Shown: piece by piece, positions 1 to 9,291 of the stretch
Layout: each line of letters starts with the position of its first letter
Numbering within the stretch: the first letter of the stretch is position 1
Assembly (NCBI GenBank): GCA_910584305.1
Contig: CAJTZW010000005.1
Coordinates: 37,684 to 101,683 of the forward strand
Direction: 5' to 3'
Origin: an uncultured Bacilli bacterium
GTDB taxonomy: Bacteria; Bacillota_I; Bacilli_A; RF39; UBA660
Length of the DNA stretch: 64,000 nucleotides
Notes under the pieces: model-generated
What the model was told of the DNA's origin: nothing
Database searches by the model: none
The model's input: only the letters and a program-made list of their open reading frames with translations
Made by a program: the position numbers and the translations under genes

Positions 1-584
1 GGTACTCTAGCTTCTTCACTATTTTCAAATACATTTTTACCAGAAGAATCTTTAACGGCTAATACTTCAATATTTTCAAATAGCTTACCAACCATTAATC
101 TTCCTTCTTCATTGACAGCTTTCATATAAATATCAATATAATTTCCAGGGAAAATTGAATTTCCGTAAGTAGAATTCATAGTAACAGGGAAATTGTAAGG
201 AACTTGACCCTCTGGAATATCAACAAATGCTGAATCTGGTAAGTCTTTTTCCTCTACCAATGTATTTGTATAGAACATACTTCCTTCTGGAATAACTGTA
301 TTATAATTAGAATATTTTCCAATTACTTGACCTGATGTTCTAATTACATTTGACTGTAAAACTACTGGAGCTACATCAATATATTCAATCATATCATTAG
401 TAATCTTTGTTCTAGGTTGAATCGTTTGTGCAGCAACAGGAATTCCTTTGACTGGATTAACAGCACTGTTTACTTGATATCTATATCCAAAGAATATAAC
501 CAAAACAACTGCCATTACTCCTAAAACGGTTACGGTGTTTTTGTTCTTAAAAAATCTTTTTATTGAAATCATAAAATTATTCAT
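1..584 (-). CDS. SAF-domain / CpaB(RcpC)-like Flp-pilus assembly protein, N-terminal part only (gene runs off the window start)
   Basis: Absent from the ORF track because it is open to nt 1. ATG at 582-584. Translation MNNFMISIKRFFKNKNTVTVLGVMAVVLVIFF (TM) ...GIPVAAQTIQPRTKITNDMIEYIDVAP...VIGKYSNYNTVIPEGSMF... fits the TM + SAF-domain pattern of CpaB. Confidence 0.5.
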   Translation of the reverse strand, partial: MNNFMISIKRFFKNKNTVTVLGVMAVVLVIFFGYRYQVNSAVNPVKGIPVAAQTIQPRTKITNDMIEYIDVAPVVLQSNVIRTSGQVIGKYSNYNTVIPEGSMFYTNTLVEEKDLPDSAFVDIPEGQVPYNFPVTMNSTYGNSIFPGNYIDIYMKAVNEEGRLMVGKLFENIEVLAVKDSSGKNVFENSEEARV

Positions 585-604
585 ATTTTTTCAAATCCTT
601 TCAA

Positions 605-1006
605 TTAATATGGTGTTTCTAGAATTGCGTCTAACTTATTACTAATGTTAAACTCAATTACTTCATTTGTTACGTTTGATGCTAAATTAGAAGAAACTCT
701 AATACTTACCTTAGGCGGTGTCTCATTTACATCAAATATTTCTATTTTATAATTTTGTGATAATTGTGCTCCTTCAGCAAAACGTCTCACAAAATTCTCT
801 ACAAACTTTTCACGATCGATACGAATTGTTCCATCTCTTCTATATGTAGCCAAATCGATTGCATCATACATAGCCGCTTCTGTCGTTTCCCTAAGCAATG
901 TATAGTTTTGCTCATCAATACTTGTCATATTTTGGAAGAAGATAATAAAACTTATCGATACAATTCCAAGTCCAATAATAAATATACCCCAAAATGAATC
1001 ATGCAT
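605..1006 (-). CDS. small membrane-anchored protein (one N-terminal TM), function unknown
   Basis: 133-aa ORF with a strong AAGGAGG RBS. Hydrophobic WGIFIIGLGIVSISFIIFF segment. Lies 20 nt upstream of the CpaB-like gene. No prepilin-type cleavage motif visible. Confidence 0.6.
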   Translation of the reverse strand: MHDSFWGIFIIGLGIVSISFIIFFQNMTSIDEQNYTLLRETTEAAMYDAIDLATYRRDGTIRIDREKFVENFVRRFAEGAQLSQNYKIEIFDVNETPPKVSIRVSSNLASNVTNEVIEFNISNKLDAILETPY

Positions 1007-1020
1007 AATATTACCTCCTT

Positions 1021-4014
1021 CTATGGTTGATTATAACAACTTATAAATGATGATTTGTTACTAGCATTAGCACACGTACTATTACTGCTATCTAGAATAC
1101 TATTTCCAGTTGCTGTAGTAATACCACTCTTATGTACAAATTCGCTAATACAATATGCTCCATTTGTACAAGTTAAGTCCCAATCTGCATAACCAGCACT
1201 CTCTTTAGCTTGTTTCGTATTATAATCACGAATTTTCTTAATTGCTGTCGCATCTAAATTAAACGTGTATAAAGGTGTTGCCTCTTGGTAAATAGCACTC
1301 CCATCATATCCTCTATTATTTAATATGTTATTTTTAACTACACTAATGCCATTCCAATTTGTTCCTGGATATCTTCCTTTTACTGTGTCATTAAACATTC
1401 CTTCTGACAATCCTGTTTGGTTAGTTGATTTATCACCATTCATACTTGGAAATGGATTCTCTAAGGAAATTGTACGATATATAATAATTTCTGAACCTGC
1501 TGTTTTATAACAACGCTTATAGCAAAAATCGAGAGCATTTTGTAAGGAATTATTCGGATTTGCTCTTTGTTCGCTTATGCAAATACTGATATCCTTTTTT
1601 GGGTAATCAGAGTTATCTGGGCATTTGTATTTACAATTTGGATCATCTCCACATTCTTCTATATTACAAACATAGGCCATACACTGTTTTTGCTCCCCAC
1701 CAGCACCTAAGCAAGCTGTATATCTTGGGTCATCTTTATATTTGTATGTATTACCTTTAACAGAGTCTGCTGGGCAATAAGAGTCATCATCGGATTCTAG
1801 AGGGCAATATAGATTGGTACAAAATTTATCGGCAGTTTGATTTTGACCATTTGCAAACCAACAGTCGGTAATATCCGCTAATGTTCCATCTACTCTTGTG
1901 CAATATCTTCTATCGTCCTCATCGCAAGGATGATTTTTCACGCAATATTCATAATCATGATCTTTCAAACAATCTTCAATAGATTCCCCCGCATGCTTTG
2001 TATTAGGAGGGCAAACACACAATTCTGGATTGGTATAACAAATATCTGAATCACAATAAACTTCTTTCGCCTCTGCGCATGTATTTGGTATTTTTTCTAA
2101 AATTCCTGTTAGATCCATCCCTACATGTTTGGTCCCTGGAGGGCACTTACATTCACCACTTGCTTCTGTAGTTACATTGTATTTGCAAATATAGTCTGTT
2201 TCATTTAATTTTCCTGCCAATTGATTTCCATATCCTAATGGTAAATTTTTAATTTGTAATTTATAATTATTACCAAATAGTTCTTTCGTAATAAGTTTAC
2301 TTTCTTTCCATGAAATCCCCCCTATTGGAAGAACTCCACCGTATTCTGTTATCAAAATGTGATCAGTGTAGGCAGTGGCAAAGTCAGCTATGAATGTTGC
2401 TTTATCCTTACTTACAGCAACATATTGATTTTCTGGTAATGTATACTGGCAATTGTTTGTAATAGTAACCGAGCTACCATTTACAGTAAAACTAGAATTA
2501 CATGATTGATTCAAAGGAATTGGTCCCTTATCTCCTGTCGTATCATTATAATATAATTCGGCGCCACTTCCATTTATATATGTATAATTCGTTTGGTTTG
2601 CTACATCTAAACAAGCTTGTGAAACCGGAGAATCATTATGCATCATCACTTGGCATTTTAATACAGAATGTGTCGTTAATGGATAGGGATCACCTATTGT
2701 TGGCCAAATTAAATTGGTATTCATTGTAACCGCTGGACTTACATTTCCTGGATAAGAAGCATCCGCTTTTTCTGTGCAATATAAACTACACACCCCGGGA
2801 ATTAAGTCAAATTCCTTCTTACCAAATTCCTTTATTCCATTGTCAGTAGATTCGCAACTATCGGCAGTATATGATTCTGTAAAAGTGCTACACTCACGTA
2901 CATTGTTATCTCTTGTGTTACTACAAGCGGTGTCCCCACAGGTTGCTTTATATCTATAACATAAAACTTCTAATCCAACTGTTTTTTCTGTACTAATATA
3001 GACTGGTTCATATAAGAATTCACCGCGCCCTTCAGCTCCAGGTATTATAACAAAAGGCTGGGAATTTATTCCCTCTGTCGATGTGACTATCATTGTTGTT
3101 TTCTTCTGAGTTGCCATAGCAGTAGCAGTTACGGTGACTTTAGTAGTGTTGTCTGGGACTGCGCTACGTGGAAAACTTACAGTAATTGTTCCAGTCTTTC
3201 CAAAAGTTGATTGTGTAATTGTTGCATTCCCACTAATTCCTGAAACAACAGCATTTACTGAACTTATATCTACATTACTTTCTACATTAAATGTTGCACT
3301 GTAAAATCCGTCTTTTAACGTAAATGTTTTTGTGTTATCAGTGAAATTTAAAGAAAGTGAACCTGTTGAGCTACTAGCTATTGTCGTCGCTAGATTGTAT
3401 AACTCCCACACAGCCTTGTCATAGTCATTGTTAGATTCTTCAAAACCCTTTATCATCTTGTCAATGTTATTAAGATTATTACCTATCACCCCTATATAAT
3501 TCCATTGTTTCTCCGCACCTGAGGGTGTTTCGAATCTATTTACTCCAGTTATTTTTGATAAATATAAATTTAATGCAGTTACCTTTACTACCACTTCATC
3601 ATTATCACTTAAACTATATTTGTTTTTGACACTAGTATCTTGTGCAAGTTTGGCAACTCCCATAGCAGCAAGGTCATTAATCTCCACTTGGTTATACTTT
3701 AATTTAAATGAATTTTGGGGGTCAAATATATATGAACCTGTTGTTGGTGGTTCGTACCAATAAAAGGCGCATAACGCTCTAACTTGGTTATTGCCAACAA
3801 TACAATTTTTGTTACTATCATATTCATTTCCAAAAGAAACATACATATCCCATGTTTCTGGTAATGTACCCGTTCCACTTAGTCGTAAATTATCTCCGCG
3901 CTGAAATTTAATACATGAATAAGGATAGACCGCCTTAACTTCGTTACTCCCCACATGCATTGCAATAAGTCCTGTTATTAATATAGTAGCTATCTTTAAA
4001 TATTTTTTCTTCAT
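1021..4014 (-). CDS. large secreted protein: signal peptide, Ig-like Thr/Ser-rich middle, extremely Cys-rich C-terminal half
   Basis: Track ORF 1021..4074. The likelier start is ATG at 4014 (MKKKYLKIATILITGLIAMHVGSNEVKA signal peptide) behind a GGGGGTG RBS. It overlaps the upstream gene's stop by 13 nt. Duplicated CxCPPxTKHxG motif. Confidence 0.75.
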   Translation of the reverse strand: MKKKYLKIATILITGLIAMHVGSNEVKAVYPYSCIKFQRGDNLRLSGTGTLPETWDMYVSFGNEYDSNKNCIVGNNQVRALCAFYWYEPPTTGSYIFDPQNSFKLKYNQVEINDLAAMGVAKLAQDTSVKNKYSLSDNDEVVVKVTALNLYLSKITGVNRFETPSGAEKQWNYIGVIGNNLNNIDKMIKGFEESNNDYDKAVWELYNLATTIASSSTGSLSLNFTDNTKTFTLKDGFYSATFNVESNVDISSVNAVVSGISGNATITQSTFGKTGTITVSFPRSAVPDNTTKVTVTATAMATQKKTTMIVTSTEGINSQPFVIIPGAEGRGEFLYEPVYISTEKTVGLEVLCYRYKATCGDTACSNTRDNNVRECSTFTESYTADSCESTDNGIKEFGKKEFDLIPGVCSLYCTEKADASYPGNVSPAVTMNTNLIWPTIGDPYPLTTHSVLKCQVMMHNDSPVSQACLDVANQTNYTYINGSGAELYYNDTTGDKGPIPLNQSCNSSFTVNGSSVTITNNCQYTLPENQYVAVSKDKATFIADFATAYTDHILITEYGGVLPIGGISWKESKLITKELFGNNYKLQIKNLPLGYGNQLAGKLNETDYICKYNVTTEASGECKCPPGTKHVGMDLTGILEKIPNTCAEAKEVYCDSDICYTNPELCVCPPNTKHAGESIEDCLKDHDYEYCVKNHPCDEDDRRYCTRVDGTLADITDCWFANGQNQTADKFCTNLYCPLESDDDSYCPADSVKGNTYKYKDDPRYTACLGAGGEQKQCMAYVCNIEECGDDPNCKYKCPDNSDYPKKDISICISEQRANPNNSLQNALDFCYKRCYKTAGSEIIIYRTISLENPFPSMNGDKSTNQTGLSEGMFNDTVKGRYPGTNWNGISVVKNNILNNRGYDGSAIYQEATPLYTFNLDATAIKKIRDYNTKQAKESAGYADWDLTCTNGAYCISEFVHKSGITTATGNSILDSSNSTCANASNKSSFISCYNQP

Positions 4015-4025
4015 TCCTACACCCC

Positions 4026-4667
4026 CTAAAAAAGGCTTTCTTTTTTTCTTTGTATATAAATAATTGTTAAACATACTATGATGATTATTGGCAGAATAAT
4101 ATAGTAATAGTTTACAAAGAAGATTATGAGGTAGTCATATATTCCGAGTACTTCTTTTTCTTTTTCTGGTGCTGGTTCTACAGGTTGTTCTTGTTTTAAT
4201 TTACTTACTTCATTTATAAATGTATTATAATCATAATTTATATGTATCCATTTTTGGCAAATACTATTTGTTACTCCTATACAAATGGGATCACTATAAT
4301 ATGGATTATATCCAGGCAAAGTTATATAGTGTGAATATAATCTTTTATTGCTACACTCTCCTGTTCCATATATATCGAATCGATAATTTGTATTTGGGGT
4401 ATACCCATATAATACGAGCTCACTTGATGTATATGCATAATCTCTCTGATTATTTACATCTCTAACTCGAAATTCAGGTTGTAAATTTGTCATAATAATA
4501 TAGAAAGAGACTTGGCCATTTTCTTCTATATAATCATATGTAACTACCACATTTTGTGCCAAAGAAGATAATCTTATTTTCTCTGTATTGCTACACTGTG
4601 CGGATACATGAAGTGGAAATAATAATCCTATAGTCAATGTTATGTACCATAATAATCTATATTTCAT
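4026..4667 (-). CDS. secreted protein with C-terminal TM anchor, FN3-like beta-rich ectodomain (unknown function)
   Basis: 213-aa ORF with GGAGGAG RBS. Signal peptide ...LLFPLHVSAQC. C-terminal YLIIFFVNYYYIILPIIIIVCLTIIYIQRKK. Confidence 0.65.
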   Translation of the reverse strand: MKYRLLWYITLTIGLLFPLHVSAQCSNTEKIRLSSLAQNVVVTYDYIEENGQVSFYIIMTNLQPEFRVRDVNNQRDYAYTSSELVLYGYTPNTNYRFDIYGTGECSNKRLYSHYITLPGYNPYYSDPICIGVTNSICQKWIHINYDYNTFINEVSKLKQEQPVEPAPEKEKEVLGIYDYLIIFFVNYYYIILPIIIIVCLTIIYIQRKKESLF

Positions 4668-4734
4668 TCTGCCTCTCCTCCCATATTATAACATATTTTT
4701 ATTTGTAAACAATGATTTTGCATCTTTTTTTACA

Positions 4735-6303
4735 TTATTTAACAGTATAACTGTATATTTTATTACGAATTTTGAAAACCAATTCTATACTTTCTGCATT
4801 TTTAAGCTCATCTACTACTTCGACATAGTATTCATTAACTAATTTTGCCTTTGCTGGTTTGATTTGCTTCCATCCTAGTTGCATTGTTTTCTTTCTACCA
4901 TCAATGCGATATTCAATATGACCAAACCTACTCATAAATGTATATAAGTCTGTAGTATTATTTTCTTCTGTTATTGTTCCTATAATTTTTAATAGCGCTT
5001 TTTTCTCATTTCCACTAAGTGTTGGTTTTATATATTCATAGGATGAATAGCATTGCATTTCTATACAGTAATTATAGTCAACTCTGAATGTATCTGCAAT
5101 TTCTATACTGTCTATTTTAAATTCCTTATCTCCCAGTATACTCTCTTTTAAATTTACACTTTCTGGCATAGTATATATTGTTTTAGTATCTTGTCTCATC
5201 AGTGATATTGGATTTACTTCCATTTGTATTTGTTTGTTATTATAATCTGTATATATTAATTTTATTTTGTTATCTAAAAATTCAGTTGGGACTTTATATA
5301 TAAATACATAGTCTGTAAAAGTATTTTGAATATCTTGCCCATTATATATAGTTCCCATATCTAACATTTGTTCACTATAAGTTGTTTCGTGATAAAAATA
5401 ATGTTCATTGATATTTAAAACTAGACGAGCAGTATCAAATTTTCTATCTTTAGAAGTATTATTTTGAATATTCATATGGATTATTATAAAAGCTTCTTCC
5501 TCTGACAGTTTATTTCCTTTATAGTCTGTATCAGACGCATAAGAATCTAAAAGTTGAAGCGTATAGTAATTGGTAGTGAAAGCCTCACCTTTTTTATATA
5601 CCTTGTTGTATACACCTACATTCATATATATAAGTAAACTAGTAATCCCTAAAGCTAGTATAACAACAGCCAAAATTATGAATCTATTTTCCTTATAGAT
5701 ATATTTTATATGGCGAATGGCTCTATTGATTTTTCGTTTTGTTTCATCAGAATTTAAATCAACATTTACTTCAAATTCCTCACTATCAACATCTTCTATC
5801 TCTAATTCTTGTAGGTCTTTCGTGAAATCAAATTTTTGTACATTAAATCCTGTTGCACGAATTGCCACAATAACAAATGATACTACCTGCAATCCAAATG
5901 CAGTCGTTAGTAAATCTTGAACTAATTTTAGTGTTCTGACATCTACAAGTTGAATTTCTAAGGAACTGGTTATGGAATAGGAAACTGCATATACAAAGAT
6001 TACAAAGATATAAACTAATAAATTATATATATATAGTTTTACCTTTTTCCCTTTAAATACCATTAACCCTAATATAATTAGGGTTTCTATTAAAATAATC
6101 AGTGCAGAAACATACATTAAAGTATTATACAATTCCCCTGTCAAATCTTTCCCAATTACAGAATTGTATGTGGCCATATATTCATTGTAAAAGCTTAAAA
6201 TCAAATTTGTTTTATACACCAAGTAAAAAGATAGTATTGTCAGAATTAGATGAATTAATTTAAAATGCTTAATTAAAATTGCAAATGGTTTTCTAAGTAT
6301 CAT
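4735..6303 (-). CDS. polytopic membrane protein: N-terminal multi-TM block, acidic cytoplasmic linker, further TM and a large extracytoplasmic beta-rich domain
   Basis: 522-aa ORF with GGGGTGG RBS. Several hydrophobic segments in the first ~165 aa. Linker EIEDVDSEEFEVNVDLNSDE, then TM FIILAVVILALGITSLLIY. Confidence 0.65.
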   Translation of the reverse strand: MILRKPFAILIKHFKLIHLILTILSFYLVYKTNLILSFYNEYMATYNSVIGKDLTGELYNTLMYVSALIILIETLIILGLMVFKGKKVKLYIYNLLVYIFVIFVYAVSYSITSSLEIQLVDVRTLKLVQDLLTTAFGLQVVSFVIVAIRATGFNVQKFDFTKDLQELEIEDVDSEEFEVNVDLNSDETKRKINRAIRHIKYIYKENRFIILAVVILALGITSLLIYMNVGVYNKVYKKGEAFTTNYYTLQLLDSYASDTDYKGNKLSEEEAFIIIHMNIQNNTSKDRKFDTARLVLNINEHYFYHETTYSEQMLDMGTIYNGQDIQNTFTDYVFIYKVPTEFLDNKIKLIYTDYNNKQIQMEVNPISLMRQDTKTIYTMPESVNLKESILGDKEFKIDSIEIADTFRVDYNYCIEMQCYSSYEYIKPTLSGNEKKALLKIIGTITEENNTTDLYTFMSRFGHIEYRIDGRKKTMQLGWKQIKPAKAKLVNEYYVEVVDELKNAESIELVFKIRNKIYSYTVK

Positions 6304-6407
6304 TCTGCCACCCCTATTTTCTTATTTATAGTATATATCAAATTTAGGAAAAAAAAAAGAAGAATTATTACATTCTACTAATTTTTTGACTAAAAATGCA
6401 GTGATTT

Positions 6408-7205
6408 TTAGATTTTAGAAAAATAATTTTTCTTTTTAGATACAACAAATGTGAGTGCACTAAGGATGGCTACCATAGCAACTGTCATTGAAATATATAA
6501 TCCAGTACTAGGATTCTCTACTTTTGTTTCTACATTTGGAGTTACTTCTACTTTTGGCTGTTCTGGCTCTGGCTGTACCACTGGAACCTCTGGTTCTGGT
6601 GTTGGTTCTGGTTCTGGTGTTGGTTCTGGTGTTGGTTCTGGTTCTGGTGTGTAATCATGAAATGGTGAAATACCACATTTAATGTTTATTTTCAATGTCT
6701 TAGCAGTTGTAACCGATATGTTAACAGAAGAGTCTTCTGTAGCTTCAGAATGATTTACTGTATATTCTGTAATTTCAATTCCAGAATCCCCTAATGTAAG
6801 TGCACTATGGTCAACTTCATCTAACCATTGAAAGAAAAGGTCAACATCATATCCATAGTATTCTGCAACTGACTCAAGCAATAGTTGATTTACTAATTCT
6901 TCAAACATAGCAAGTTCTACATCATTGGTAGTATTACCACTAAAGAATGTAACAATGTCATTTGCTTGATAATATGTAACACTATATGTTTTTCCTGTTT
7001 CCTCATCTGTTACACTAATTACCATGTGGCTATCGTCACTTGTAATGGTAATAGCGTCACCTGATACTTGAATAACTGAATTATTTTTCATTTTTGTAAC
7101 AATCTTTTCCCAGTTAGTCCCCTCAGTTGGAGCTGCCGATACAACATTTGGAGCAACAAATAAGACAGTTAAGCTCATCATAATTCCAAGTAATGTTTTC
7201 TTCAT
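6408..7205 (-). CDS. cell-wall-anchored surface protein with LPXTG-like NPSTG sorting signal and Pro/Glu/Thr linker
   Basis: 265 aa with AAGGAGGAG RBS. Signal peptide ...APNVVSAAP. (TPEPEP)n stalk. C-terminus reads ENPSTG + hydrophobic LYISMTVAMVAILSALTFVV + SKKKNYFSKI. Confidence 0.7.
   Translation of the reverse strand: MKKTLLGIMMSLTVLFVAPNVVSAAPTEGTNWEKIVTKMKNNSVIQVSGDAITITSDDSHMVISVTDEETGKTYSVTYYQANDIVTFFSGNTTNDVELAMFEELVNQLLLESVAEYYGYDVDLFFQWLDEVDHSALTLGDSGIEITEYTVNHSEATEDSSVNISVTTAKTLKINIKCGISPFHDYTPEPEPTPEPTPEPEPTPEPEVPVVQPEPEQPKVEVTPNVETKVENPSTGLYISMTVAMVAILSALTFVVSKKKNYFSKI
6591..6650 (-). repeat. exact 30-nt tandem duplication inside the PEPT-linker coding region
   Basis: 6591-6620 and 6621-6650 are both tggttctggtgttggttctggttctggtgt. 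On the coding strand this encodes the TPEPEPTPEP stalk. Confidence 0.85.
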
Positions 7206-7447
7206 AATATCTCTCCTCCTTATTTTATAAGTAGTGATTTTACTATGCTACCTATTATCTAAATCATAGCACAGCTTCTTTTTTATGTCAATTAGAGGCA
7301 TATAAATTGTCAATTCTTGTCATTTTCAAAAATGCGTATAATTCCAATATTCAGTCTTTCATTGTCATAACATATCTGTCTAAAGCATTATTGCAACATG
7401 TAAATAAGCAGCCACCATTCAATTTAAACTGTTTAATTCATTTTCTG

Positions 7448-7855
7448 TTAAGTAGTTTTTAGCAATCTCAGTTTCTTCTCTTGTGAACATATCTCCTTTT
7501 TTAAAGTTTGTACAGCGAAGTAAGTTTGACCTAAAGCAACTACTTCTTTTCTAGGACCTGCATTTTGCACTATTAAATAACATGCGTACCTTGATAGCTT
7601 ATAATCTAATATATTTTTAACTCCACCGTTAGGCATTTTTGATGTTTTTCCCACTTGGGAAAAATGTTCAAAAGCCTCATAATTACTATTCTCACATGCT
7701 TTTTGAGCATTCCCTATTACATTACAAAATTTATCCCATCTTTTATATTCCAATACATTTTGTAGTTCTCTGGCATACCAATACTCATCACCATATTCAT
7801 TAATATGTTTAATATCTTCAAATACTGTTTCATTGTGTTCCTTAATTTTGTTCAT
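7448..7855 (-). pseudogene. DinD-like (DNA-damage-inducible protein D family) gene, C-terminally truncated
   Basis: 135 aa reading ...FEDIKHINEYGDEYWYARELQNVLEYKRWDKF...KLSRYACYLIVQNAGPRKEVVALGQTYFAVQT matches the N-terminal half of DinD-type proteins, which I recall as roughly twice this length. About 240 nt of non-coding DNA follows. Confidence 0.5.
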
Positions 7856-7887
7856 TCATTACCTCCTCGTATATGTTTAAATAATTT

Positions 7888-8382
7888 CTAATTTTTTATT
7901 GCATCAGTATGCACCACGTAATTTAATTTTGATAATATTCTATTAGCATGCCATTCTATTTCATATTGATAACTTTCCTTTTTCTTTAAGCGTTCAAATT
8001 CTTTAATTAAATATAGTTTAAACTCTGGGCTAATCCAGCTTGCAAACTCAAAGGCAATATCACTTCTAGCGAATGATCCTCCACCATATTTACCTGATTT
8101 AGATATTATACCAATAGAATTTGTTTCCCTAATCCATTTTTGAGAAGACATTGTAAAAGCGTGTCTTCCAGCCTCGTTTTTAAACTGGTCGAATTCGACT
8201 AGTTTAAAATTCTCGTTATTTAATTCTTCCCATACTCCCAAAAAGGAGATTGTTTCTTTATTTCTCATCCAATTTTTAACTACATCTGCTGGGCTTTCAT
8301 CATTTTGTGTTCTTGCTAAATCAGTTAGAGAAATATATTCATAGCCATTTATTCTTAAAACTTTTATAGTATTTCCTTTAAC
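7888..8382 (-). pseudogene. KilA-N domain gene remnant (no start codon for the conserved N-terminus, C-terminal part missing)
   Basis: The frame is open from 8382 (VKGNTIKVLRINGYEYISLTDLARTQNDESPADVVKNW-MRNKETISFLGVWE...). The first ATG is only at 8268. The ORF stops after ...HTDAIKN, where full-length homologues continue. Confidence 0.45.
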
Positions 8383-8403
8383 TCAACTTCAGTTTGTATT
8401 AAA

Positions 8404-9192
8404 TTATTTTTCATTTTTCATATCCTTTCCATTATGCATCTTTTGTTTAGCGGGATATAAAGTATTTACAAAGTCTATAAACTCTTTATATTCCATAATT
8501 TTGTAATCTGCTAGTTGATTAATTTTATCTCTATCTAAGTCAGCATATTTATCGTAAATATTTACACATTCTATTCCTGCCTTATGACTTGCTAATACTC
8601 CTGTATAAGAATCTTCAAATATTAAACACTCTTTTGGTATTGCATTATAATATTGCATAATTTTATTATAAATCTCAGGATCAGGCTTTTTGTTTTTTAC
8701 ATCCTCTTTTCTGATAATTAAATCAAAAACCTCTAAAATGTTCATTTGTTCTAACATTCTTTTATTTTTTTTAGAATAAATATCTAATTGAACTTGCGTT
8801 GTCATAGTTGCTAATATTAAAGTAAATCCTAGTTCTTTTAATCTTAGTACCAATTTTACAACATCAGGTTTAAAATCCATTTCTTTTTCTAAAACCTCAC
8901 CTGATTTGGCCCGTCTTATCTTTAACAATTCTTCTGCACTCTGCATACTAAAATTATATTTTTCAATTAAATATTTACTATATGCCAGATATATGTCACT
9001 ATCTTGATTACTATGAAGAAAAGTATCTCTTTCGCTTTGTATATCATCTAAATTCATAGATATACCGCCGTATTCTTCAATCAATTTTTGATCTGTTCTA
9101 TTCCAAACACCAATGGAATTAATCAATGTACCATCCATATCAAATATTATATATTTTTTATTTCCTAATTTAAGTTGATTAAGTTCTTTCAT
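8404..9192 (-). CDS. HAD-superfamily hydrolase (subfamily IA, phosphatase/beta-phosphoglucomutase-like)
   Basis: 262 aa. Motif I FDMDGTLINS. Later K....DP and FEDSYTGV motifs. Confidence 0.8.
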   Translation of the reverse strand: MKELNQLKLGNKKYIIFDMDGTLINSIGVWNRTDQKLIEEYGGISMNLDDIQSERDTFLHSNQDSDIYLAYSKYLIEKYNFSMQSAEELLKIRRAKSGEVLEKEMDFKPDVVKLVLRLKELGFTLILATMTTQVQLDIYSKKNKRMLEQMNILEVFDLIIRKEDVKNKKPDPEIYNKIMQYYNAIPKECLIFEDSYTGVLASHKAGIECVNIYDKYADLDRDKINQLADYKIMEYKEFIDFVNTLYPAKQKMHNGKDMKNEK

Positions 9193-9291
9193 TTATCAAT
9201 CACTCCCTTCATTAAATAATCATTCAATAATTTTACTAAACTGGTATTAGGAAACATACAGTCCTCCATCAACCTTGCTTATATTTTTTAC

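Noticed and set aside
4015-4074. Upstream start (TTG/ATG at 4074) for the Cys-rich protein; similar long starts for uppP (22229), ligA (28157), dacB (20526), the 195-aa lipoprotein (21312) and the thioredoxin-like gene (54273)
   Set aside because: In each case an internal ATG is preceded by a proper Shine-Dalgarno sequence and begins with a sensible N-terminus (a signal peptide, a lipobox or the conserved family start).
6451-6654. 67-aa + strand ORF with GSGVGSG repeats
   Set aside because: It is the mirror frame of the PEPT-linker repeat of the NPSTG-anchored protein.
7448-8382. Prophage call based on the KilA-N, DinD and (elsewhere) RhuM genes
   Set aside because: All three are truncated or frameshifted and isolated. 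No capsid, tail, terminase, lysis or integrase genes accompany them.
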